Both the position numbers and the translations under genes were made by a program. A stretch of 64,000 nt of DNA from Owenia fusiformis (taxonomy: Eukaryota). The stretch is taken from contig CAIIXF020000001.1 in NCBI GenBank assembly GCA_903813345.2, positions 9,796,001 through 9,860,000 of the forward strand. Reading direction: 5' to 3'. The notes beneath the pieces were generated by a model, which saw only the letters and a list, made by a program, of their open reading frames with translations, was not told the DNA's origin and did no database searches. Shown one piece after another: positions 40,501-52,500 of this stretch (its first letter is position 1; each line of letters begins with the position of its first letter).

Positions 40501-43500
40501 ATCACGCATTTGTTTCGAAAATATATAAATTATTTACACCTTCAACATCTTGTTCAACTCACTTCATTCTATATCTGAACAGGTTTTCAAATTAACAGGG
40601 ATGATTCACAGTATGAAAATTATCTAGAACATTCTGGAATTCTGGAATCCAGCATTCTGGAATTCTGGGTGAATGTCAAGGAAGCCATTTTGGATTATCC
40701 GTCCTAAAATCTTGTCTGTAATTGTTTTCAATGTTCAGATGATTAGACAGTCCTACTTTATTTGCCGTTAAGAGTATCAGAATGAAAATGTATTTTTCTG
40801 GCTACTAGAGGGAACTATGCAACTTTTTCTTGCAGCATCAAAAACAATAGTTACATGACGACTATCTACCCCCTTGATTTAATTAATTTAAACAATCGAT
40901 GCACCCAGTAACATACTGACAGAAATGTATTTATAATTAAAAAATGTAAAATCATTTAATTGTCAGTATTATTGTTTAATCAATAATCATTTCTAATGTT
41001 GCATGAATCCTGGCATTTAATTCTACAGCTAATGTATGTCATATTTTCACTATTTCACAAATTGCGTAATTTTGGTCTACCAGGTTTACCAGACCCCCTC
41101 TTATCTTTCGTTTGGAAAGATTAAGACAAAGGGGGCACGATGGAACTGCATGTCATTGTTGAGTCTCATTGTTATGCCATATCCAAAGGTTTCCTGTCAA
41201 ACCAAATATATTCCATAGCTTGCCGAAGAAGAGACTCTGACGGCAAATCTGGAATTTTTTCTGGACTGTCAGGAACAGTCAAAAGACGTTGCCATACATG
41301 AATAGAGTAATTATTCTCCCAGACATATTTTATTCTTCTCTTGTCCATGTAAACACTTGGTTTTGGTTTTATCAGGGTTTGCGACTCTATGTGCACAAGG
41401 TGCGGATATATTGTGAGTAGCATCCTAGGAATGTGGATTGAATAGTATCCCCATAGACGGATGTTATTTCTGATGTCAGACTTACCAAATGTTTTATATG
41501 TCCTGTATGCCTCTATCCAAAGATTGAAAAGAATGGATTCCTTTTTTGCGATAATGGCGCCATTTGAGAGACCATCACCATGGAGACCTATACCTTGAGT
41601 GTGATCGTAGTGTCGAAGGGGTTCAATGCTTTTCAATGCTAAGATGTCATTGTCTATGTATATTCCTCCATGCTCTGAAATAATATGAAAATACATGATT
41701 TGGGGTGTCAGGCTGAAACATTCTCTTGTTTGAAAGATTGACGAACATTTAGAATGGAACCGTGGATTCTGGTCACTCTTCTCATATTTTGTGTAATTTT
41801 TCTAATATAACAGTCCTCCACCTACATGATGCAGCATGAGCAGACTTGAAAATCCAGAGGGGGAGATGCAGATTTTGGGCCCTAAAATATTTTTTGGGGG
41901 GCACCAAAGGAGGAGGGGCCCTGGTCCCCCTCCCTTCCATATCCGCCACGGATCTCTGTAATATAACAACATTTATCCTATGCCAAGTTGAGTTTTAGGG
42001 AGATAAGTTGGTAAGATATATCCCGTATCCTGATTTTGAGGTTGCCATATCCAGAACCTCCATATCTCCCGCCATATCTCCCGCTTCAGTGCATATCTTC
42101 CTGCTTCGGTGCATATCTTCCCGCTTCCAGTAATTTCACTGAAAACTCTACTTGGTATAGGATAAAGCAGTTATGTACGGTCGGTTTGGATATTGGGTTC
42201 ATCCCTCGTGAGATATGCACATCTACCTTCGGTCCCTACGGTCCCTCAGGTAGATATGCATATCTCCCTCTGGATAAAACCCATATCCAAAACCTCCCAG
42301 TACATAACCCTTATGTATATTGTTAAATACAAACCTTGTAATACATGGATGCGCAGAAAGTCAGACATGTGTTCTACACGTCGTGGTACAAAACCAAAAA
42401 TTGTGAGTTCTGTCATGTTATGCTCAACTATTTGTATTCCACTAACATTTTTTTGTACGTAATCCCACCAAATCCCTCTTGGATAGTGTTTTTGAAAAAC
42501 ATGAACAAGAATCTTGTCTGCCTTCCAGAATTTGTGAACACTAATATAACTAACAGCATTTAAAAATTTGAATTCAAAATTATTTTCCATGTCTAACCAA
42601 ACATAATGTACAATATTTGGCACCAGATCTGTTTGTTGATTTGCATTGAATGCATCATTTCTACTTTCTTGACTGTTTAAATCAGCTTGTTTTGTATCAA
42701 TCTCATCAAGACGTTTTATACTGTTTTGATCTAGTCCAAAATGAGTTGTTTTTGTCTGTATCCCTTTAGATAAATTTGCATCCCTGTTTGTCATAATTTT
42801 ATTCTTTATCTCGTTCACTTCCTCATGGTTGAGTAATGAGAATAAAGTGATGTATAAAGCAGTAGATATTAAGCTTGCAGAAATCCATTTCATTTGCCAC
42901 ATTGTAACTGCACATACAGTGTAGCTTTTATTGAAACATCTATTAAGTACCAGATTGGATCTATATATTATGGTCTGGTTTAATTATTTGCAGTACCTGC
43001 ATATAGGGTTGTTTTATGGTAGATTTAATAAATGTAGTTTTTCTCAAAGATTTTTTTTATCCCACCGAACAAAGTTTGTGGGGATAAAAAGAAACAATCC
43101 ATCCGTCTGTCCATCCGTCCGATCGTTCATTTGTCTGTCTGTCCAGGTGATAACTCCAAAACTGATTGACAGATTTGATTCAAACTTTATAGGCCTATAT
43201 GCGTTATGGGTATAGGACCTCATCCCTGTAAGAAATTTTCAATATGGCCACTCAATTTAAAATGGCCACCATTTTTCGTAAAAAACTTAATCTTTTATAA
43301 CTCAAATACCAGTGGATGGATTTGGTTCAAATTTTATATTTTGATACTTAGGGATATAAGAGCTCTGCTTGAGAAGGAATTTTCAAGATGGCAGCTGAAT
43401 TCCAAAATGTCCACCATTTTTCGTAAAAGAACATTATCTTTGATAACTCAAATACGTATTTTGTTCAAATTGTATATGCTGATGCTCAGAAATAAATGAG

Positions 43501-46500
43501 CTATGCTGAAGAAGGGATTTTCAAGATGGCCGCTATTTATCAAAATGGCTGCCATTTGTCGTTAAAAATGTAATCTTTGATAAGCCAAATACCAGTTGAG
43601 GGATTTACAGGCCTGTCAACTGTCCCGCAATTTGCGTATTTGTCACGCATTTGCTGAAGAATTTGAAGTCACGCCAGTTTTTTTTGCGTGACAGAAAATG
43701 TCACGCAAATACGCATTTTACCTGGTAATTGTCAAGCAGAAATATTTCTGTAGAAAATTTTTCAAAATATGTTTACGATACGGTAAAAATACGAACGTCG
43801 GAAAAAACCGAACGCAATTTGTTCGGATTTGTCACGCGAATCCCGTATAAATCACGCATGTTCATTGGAAATTTTCGTACCTAATTTTCAAGATGGTCGC
43901 TATTTATCAAAACATATTTTGTTTGGTAGGATTTGCTACTCTGTGCAGTTGCTGTTTTCTAGTTATAATAGGGTGATGGGGGGAGGGGTTTCGCTAGCCA
44001 AAAATTATTTTACTCAGGCATTGAGTACTTTTCAAGTGATTTTGGATCAGAAAATTGTTAAAGGACCGTGAGTTGTTTTTAGAATGAATCGAGGGAGTTT
44101 TCTAATGCATTTCTCTCAGGCCAGTAGCCAGGATTTGTCAAGGGGGGCTCAGTTTTCAAAAATTTCCAGGGAGGGTTCACATTTGACAATTTTTGCCCAA
44201 ATATGACTAAAATCACTTGAGAAGTGCTCAAAATTGTGAAAAACTGCATGATTTTGAAAGAATATTTGGCCAGGGGGGAACAATTTGTTCGCCAGAACCC
44301 TGCAAGAAGTTTGATAAGACATCAATAAAGGTAGAAATGTAGATATTTAGGAAACATGTATCTTGAAAAATGGTGCCCATTACATGCTATTTTATGATTT
44401 TCGCTATTACTTGAAAAGTAGTGGAGTGATTTTTCTCACTTTGGCTTGTAGGTGGCCATTCTGAAATTTATGTTTTTTACAATAACACAAAATATAATAG
44501 AGCGATTTTGTTCATATATATGATGAACTATAAGCATGTCACACTGTTTAGTACACCTTGACTAGTACATGGTCATTTTAAAAATGGCTGCCAAAAAGTA
44601 ATAGAACGATTTTGTTCATATTCACAGGTCGTAATAAAACAGCACTCTCTTGCAAAATCTGCGCAATCTGGTTAAAAATCGCACTCTCAAAGTAAAAATC
44701 ACATACAGGTAGGTCATAAAGCTGCATCTAAACCACAATTTACTGTAATTAACCTATCTGTTTATTAAGTCGAATCACATATTTACCTCCCCTATTCACT
44801 CATTGCTGACATCAGCATATCTCAAGTTTCTTCATAAACTGGCACACAGTCGAGATGTCAATTTGTGTGCAGTCTCAACAACAACCTCAGAAGCACTCGT
44901 TGCCATAAGTCGCGCCCTCAAAACCCGGGTTTGCCGTCATCCAAACCCGCCTTTGCAAAAAAACGAACGGTGCATTATTTGACTCGTTCGTGTTATTTTC
45001 GAGAGTTTTCAAACCAGAATTTTCATTGCTTTTATTAGAAGGGTTCCTCGTAATTAACTCTTAACTATGGATATGTTGACTTAAATGCAACTGACTTTTA
45101 AAGAGATGTTTTGCGCATAGGGTTATGAATGAAGTAACTAGTATGATGAACAAGCTCACTGGCGGATCTGGGGGGGGGGGGGGAGACAGCCCCCCCCTCC
45201 TTGGGTGGGCCCAGAAAAAAGTTAAGCCCCAAAAAGCCCAAAACGAGTGGGCCTTTTTGGGCATTACTGGGCCTTTTTTACTGTTTTGTCAGCCTTGAAA
45301 TTTGCACCCCCCCCCCTCCCCCTTTGTTGGTTTGTGGATCTGCCCCTGAAGGCAGTGGCCCTGAAGGCAAGGGGGGGGATTTTAGTCTGTAAAAAAATTT
45401 CTTAGCTTGCACCCTTAAAACCAAAAATTGGGTCCAATTTTTAAAACAAAGTTAAGGCCCATTTTTGATAAATTGGTCAAAAATGCCCTATAAAGGCCAA
45501 ATTATGCCCAAAATACCCATTTCTTAAGGCCTTCCCAAAAATTTTGGGTCCAAAAAGTAAAAAAAATCTGGGGGGCAGGTCCTAGTGTTTTTTAGTGCAA
45601 TTAGTAAATACATTGCCAGGTTTGTGAAATGGATTAATTTTAGCAAAATCAAGTATATCTGTTGGCACAATCAAGCACAATTGTCACAATCAATCTCTAT
45701 CTAAAATCACTATATCATGTCATGCCATATCATGATCAAATCCCTTCAAGAGATCTTTTTATTGGATCTAGTAATGCAAATGAGTTGTACATTTAAAATT
45801 GAATCATGTTTAATCATGTTAATGGGAATGAATTGAAGAGATGAAGAGAACATTAACAAGTAAATACAATATCAAGTCATTTGGGAGTTGAACCCAAACC
45901 AAAGAATATTACTTCCTTGGTGAAGCCCACACAACTTTGAACAATATTGTAAAAACATATTTATGTTCATTTTTGACAAACTTGCCCTCTGCTTTTACAA
46001 GGACTTGGGACCTTCTAGCTAGGCTAGGTAGCATTACAAGTTTGTCGGTCTTCACTCTTCACTAAACTTGGACACTCTATTGCTTAGTGGCTTTGCCCTC
46101 CATTTTGTTCTTCTCCACTCTTTTCCTATAGGATTTTGTACTCCTGGGTATCGCAACTTTAGGAACAAAGGCCAGATTAACCAGGACACAGCTAGTCCCT
46201 GGAGTAGGAGCAATCATAACATACCTTGGAGCAGGAGCTGGAGGAGCACTTGCACTGGAGGTGAATGAAATCAAGTTGGAAGTTGGTTGAGGTTGAAAGG
46301 CAAGCGTATCAGGAAGAATCCTCCTGTTCACTCGTGACATTCCTTCACCAGCTGTGTTCTTGGGAAGATCGAACATGTGGGGATCATCCACGTTGGCTGA
46401 GGGCAATGCTGCCAACTTCTTATCCTACGGGAAGGGATCTGCTGATGAAGCACTTGCACTTGACAGGGGTATCCTATCCTAGAGTGTTTCACCAGTTTCA

Positions 46501-49500
46501 ACTAATTTTTCAAATCAAGATGGAGTTTTGCCTAGTTGGTCTCCTGGTAAGGAGACAATTTTTGTGCTTGCTTTCCTCCACAAGGAGATCAACTGGGCAA
46601 AACTCCATCTTGATCTGAAAAAACGTTAACAAGACACACAGTGATAAATATCGCACTTTGAAGAGCAAACTGGCCACCATGCAATTTACCCAGCATGGCC
46701 AAAACCTAATCAGACCTTGGCACTAGTCTGCTCTTGCATCTGTAAACATTTCAAGTTGACAAGGTTAGCGGTTTTCCTGCAATTTTGATGACAAGAATTT
46801 ATTTGTAGTCTTGAACTTTGGGAAAATTTAGATAACATTGTTTGTGACCTAATTTGATGACCTTCGACCTTGAAAATTTCCTTAATTTAAATCCAAAATA
46901 TCAATTTAGAAAATCAACTTTTTTGACCTTTTCAAGGTCACTGAAGGTGAATGAAAGGTCAAATCTGTTACCTAGATTTGAACTTCTGAGAACTTGTAGA
47001 TGTTTTTTAAAAAAAATTGGTCAATTTGGAGCAAGTTGAAAAATTCAAAATGGCCGCCAAATTGAAAAATTCAAAATGGCCACCATGTAATTCAGCCAGC
47101 ATACCCAAAACCTAATCAGATCTTGGCAATAGCCTGCTCTTGCATCTGTAAAAATTTCAAGTTGAACGGATAAGTGGTTATCCTGGAATTTTGATGACAA
47201 GATTTGTTGAAAAATTCAAAATGGCCGCCACTTAGTTTACCCAGCATGCCCTTAACCTAATCAGATCTTGGTACTAGTCTGCTCTTGCATCTGTAAAAAT
47301 TTCAAGTTGAACAGGTAAGCAGTTATCCTGAAAATTTGATGACAAGATTTGGTTTATGTGCCGTCCGCCCGCCCGCCCGCCCAACAGCACAAGACGACGA
47401 CAATATAGCACTTTTTCAAAGTGCGATAAAAAGGGACACACTCTAGGGTATCCCCTGTTCTGTCCTATGTCATTCCTTTCATGTCTATTTTCTAAAAATC
47501 CACAAAGTGTACACTTTATTTCAGGAAAACTAAAGATATTTAAAATAATCTATTATTTGGGAGAATTTAAACATTTTTCACTCATTTTTGCATTTTGAAT
47601 CCATTTTAACTTTACCAATTTATAACATATCGTGAATCTTCTGGGAATATCGTATTTGGAATTGTAAGGAATAGATTGGTAGGTCAACTGTACATGTTGC
47701 TAGTAATTTTTTCATCCCTATAGATCTTATTCTGCCTTTAAGTACAGCAACACTCTCCTTCCTTTTCTTATCATCAATCCTGAAAAATAGTGTAATGTAA
47801 CATTAGACTGAATGAATATTTTAATATAGCGGTTGATAAAAAAAAACTAATTTGCTACAATATCACAATTTACTCTAGATTGTGGCTACAGAGTTGTGGT
47901 ATCATTTTTCAACATGTTCAATGAACAATAATTCATTATTTTTTCTTTAAAATTAATGTTTTTCAATGCGAAAGACTGTAATTGGTTTAAATGAATGATG
48001 TACTTCCATAAAGTCAATGTGGCATTGTTGATGTGAAACAGCTGAATCTGTGTTCTGCTCATAACATCTGCATCTTTCACTACCTTTCTTCTAATCTCAT
48101 TGTAGGATTTTACAATGAGGTTCAACCTCATCTCCTTCACACCAGCCACCTGGGTGGATCCAGGGTGAATTCCCAAGAGGTGTCTCATTACAGCCTCCAT
48201 ATATCTGTTGTGGTCTGGTGATCTGGCTACAACACCTTGGGTCAAGAATGCCCTAAAAAAGAACAAGTGATGAGTTTAAGGATGGCATTTAACTTTAACT
48301 AAGAATGCAAAAATCTACGATGTATAAAACATAAAATTTAATTTCTCTGCTATATATATTATAAGACCCATCAAAGCAGTATTCACATATGCTAATATTA
48401 AAAAAATTCTCTGAGACAGTCTGCATTGTCAGACACTACAAAATTATTTATCAAATAGATAAAGGCCCCATGTCAAGTTTGGATATTTAGTTTTAATCAT
48501 TTAAATATTACTTTTAATGACTTAAAAAACTATTTAGATAGGTTGCTCACTTTGTACTTTTCAAATATTTGAATTTTAAATGGGGCCTTTAATTTCTTCA
48601 GAATATTCCAAATAAGAAACTCACCTGGTATGATTGTGAAAAGACGCAAGCAATGTTGAGCCCCGGGGACATCTGTAGATGGGAAGTGTTACCCTACCTT
48701 TCACTAATGTCCCAACCTCCATGTACAGAGGAACAGGTTCTCAGATCTAGGTCCAGAAGTTGTGCTCGATAGTATTGCGTCCATCTCTACCTTTAAAGGT
48801 ATTGAATGCTTAAAATAATTATCCGACCTTGGGGGACTTTGGGATTTGGGAAACGATTGAAGGACCACATCTCCTGTTGCTTGCAGCAGCTCTGTATCTG
48901 TCACATCATCTGTGAAAAGATCCTCTTGCTGCCCTTTCTTCACTCCACTGTAAATAAAATAGGTCCATTTCAAAAGATTAATGTGAAAAATATGTATTAT
49001 GATGAGTATAACATACAATGCAGTGATCTCCCCAGCATTAAAGCAAGTGGGCGCAGCACCCACCTGAGATTTTGAAAATAGGCTTGCACCCACCTGAAAA
49101 TCCATATGCACCCACTTGAAAATGAGAAAAATCATGAAAAATTTGCATATATTGACCAATTTTGGTCTGAATTGTGAAAATGAACATTTTGTACCCACCT
49201 GAGAAAAAATTGTGGGGAGATCACTGCAATGCATTTGCCAGTTTGATCACTTGTGTGCAACAAAGGGTTAGGCTGACCTGAGTGGAAAACTCTGGAGAAG
49301 CCCCTAGGATCATTAGTGCATTCATTAATAAAATCATTATATATCGGACTCAAGATATTATTTGATTTTTAAGATATGTTGACAGGCAAGAGGCAATTTT
49401 CACCTGTTGTTTTCACAAAATCGCCAGTTGTTTTCAGGGATTTTTCAACTTTTCCATGTTAAATTTATGATTTCCATAAATTTTTCCTGTTTTCTTTTAT

Positions 49501-52500
49501 TTAGCCTGTTGTGAGAAATTCTAGTGAAACCCCTGTGTTTATGTAATACTATAGAGTTCACATTAGCTTCGTCAGGTTTCAAAATAATTTTATAACATGT
49601 TTGTACATACTAGGAAACATACTGTAACAATTATTTTTATACCTCAATCAAACATTTAAACACTAATATATTCACTGTAACAGTGAATATCTTTCAGTGT
49701 TTGAATGTTTGTATGTACATGCTAGAAATAAAGTTAGAGATCTTACATATTGTGGATCAAAAAAAATTTTGCATGTGTAAAAACTTGAAATAATACTGGG
49801 GCCATTCAGAATAATGCTAGAAATAAGACTAGAGCTCTTAACAGCTCCAAAATATTTTTAGCATGTACGCACATAAACATATAAGAATATTGCTCAGGCT
49901 ATTAAGAAAATTTTTACTGCGATTTCCCTGAAATGTTTTACATGTACGTACATGAGAAAATGGATCTATATACTTAATCAGCTTCTGGGGTCTTTTCTTG
50001 GAACCCTTTAACTTCTTCATCTCTAAGGCCTCTTTGCCCTCCAGAAATGCCATAAGGTACTTGACCAGGGTTGCCTTGTTCTGGCTCAGGGATGCAGGAG
50101 TTGCACACTCTCTGTCGACAGATTCTACAATGTATGCAGCATACCCAAAGAATTCTTTACAAGCCACTTGAAGGTCTGGCCTCTGAAGGCAGCAAACTGT
50201 AACATGAAGTGAGGGAGCCAATCCCACTCTTCCTTCGCACCAGGTCCAGTTTTCTTTGCTTGTGCCAGCACCTCAGCTAGGACCATGGCCCTCCCAACAG
50301 GCTTCCTCGCCTTATTGACTTGGGCAGCTTTTGCAGCTTTCTTGTTCAGACACGGGTGCACCCCAGTTGTCCGAAACCCAGTTGTCCGAAACCGAAACCC
50401 AGTTGTTGTCCGAAACCCAGTTCTCCGAAACCCATTTTTCCGAAACCCAGTTCTCCGAAACCCAGTTGTCCGAAACCCAGTTGTCCGAAAAATTTAGTCA
50501 TAATTTACCAGATAAAGGGGGACGCACCTCAAGCCAGTTTCATGTCATGTATTTGGCAAAATTAATGGCATGGACGCATTCTGATGTATAGATCTCTCTC
50601 TCACTTTGAATTGCATACATTACACGGCGTTACCAGAATGACAGGAACGGGGGATTTATTTTACATTGTGATTCTAAAAAAGGTCATCAAAACACAATAT
50701 ATATTACGGAACAGTTGATCTTATCTTATTCAATACATTTTATATAGGCAAAATAAAATGAAACATTTTGAAACCGATAAAATAAGTTAACGCATAAAAC
50801 TTTAAGAATAAACAGTACACATATTACGTTGTCAAAATGTTTCGTCGCATTTAATTTCTTAGTCTCTGTCTCTTATCAAATCGTAAAATGTAAAAGAACA
50901 AAACATTCTAAACGTAATCACTTGGGATTAACTGGAAACGAAGACAGGCTGTCCTCGTATCAAATTGGATGTTCTCCCATTCGCAAGAAGTTTCATTTTC
51001 GCCATGTACTCACTTCATCTTTTTGAATTTAATCTCTATTTCTCGAACAGAGTACCTAAATGAAGAATAATTTTTGGTTTCAAAAGATGTACACGACGTC
51101 GACTTTACTAAATAAATGCCCACTGGCTTGGGAAAACTATTTCCCTTTTATGAACGCCCATCACACATTGGAAAAATGTTGTTCCCTCTCAAAAAGCCCC
51201 ATGGGGCATAAAGAAAATTGGTTTAAAAATTGTAGACCCCTATGTATGTTAATATGTAAACGCCACTTTGCAATGAGAATAGCATAATTTAACTTTGTTT
51301 ATTTGAAGATCTGTATCACCTGTATTTTCATCTTTCGACAATTTTTATTAGGCTAAATACTAGCCCATGGAGGAATCGTTCAGTTGATATTTACTCTCAA
51401 ATACACCCTTTACCAATGAAAGAGTGCTCGTTCATAGAGCTAGATGGATTGGAGTGAAATATGTCAAGTGGAACATTTCAGAGTGCCAAGACCAACTCAT
51501 TAATGTTAAATGGACCTCTATAAGTGGGATACCTCCCATCCCACTTCATCCATTAACGATTAAGTCATTAACATTTACATTGTTACAGCCTGCCATTTGT
51601 TACAAACACCGGGTGATGACCCCTTAAATATAGGGTCTGAAGCTCAAATCTAGGGTCAAACGGATGGCAGAATATATAACTGTTAATCAATCTTTGCCAT
51701 TTCAATATATAGTTAAAATATTTAGTGAGGCAAGCAGATGTACGTATATGTTAATACAAATGTAAGTTTAAGGTTTTATGACTGTAAATTGAAGCATTAT
51801 AGATTTTTGGATAAACATGCAAGTCCTAGAGACATATATTGAATCTTGCTGGAACTTATAGCAGCTAAACATATTTGGAATCATTTTGAATTAATCTTTG
51901 TGAAATTCAAAATAGTCAAATGCTGTTTCAACATACTTGGATTCTTTTAAAGCAATCCAAAAATAAAAAGTGGCCAATTTCAAATAAAAACTTTTACATT
52001 ACATTCTACCATGCAAACAATTACTTCCAGGGGCGGATCTGGGAACCAACAAGGGGGGCAAATTCAGGTCAGAGAAAAAACTTCCCTAAAACCCAAAAGT
52101 TGGCCAAAATTTTGAAATTTTGAGGACCGTTTTCTTAAAAATTTGGCCTGAAATTGAAAAATAAGGCCTTAAAAGGCCCAGTATTGACCAAAAGGGTCTT
52201 TTTAGGCTTTTTTCTGGGTTCGCCAGTGACTCCTAAGATCATGATGGAAACTAATTGTTAATGACAAGTGTGATATTTTCAGACAAGTAGAATCAGGCCC
52301 GTAGCCAGGATTTGCTATTGTAATAATGTTTTAAATAATTGCAATTGTATCTATTTAAAAAACAATATTGCAATATTGTAAAATGACCTGATGTATACAA
52401 AGTTATAAAATAAGAAATATATACATGATTTAAAAAGAAAAAAGGAGTGCTGTCTCTGACTTTCTGCAATCACGCGGTCTTCGACCGTTAATAGGAATTT

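Noticed and set aside
44623-44630. CACAG termini with a 5-bp TSD as Transib/RAG-like
   Set aside because: The encoded fragments show no RAG1/Transib motifs, and an alternative end alignment (CAGAGG, 7-bp TSD) fits equally well.
50362-50490. Short repeat arrays (also 55331-55435 and 7662-7770) as CRISPR
   Set aside because: Head-to-tail repeats with no unique spacers, no cas genes and a eukaryotic context.
50285-50591. Repetitive ORFs (PKPSC)n, (RNPVV)n, (ETQLS)n resembling structural proteins
   Set aside because: They are translations of the 15-bp TIR tandem array of the MULE.
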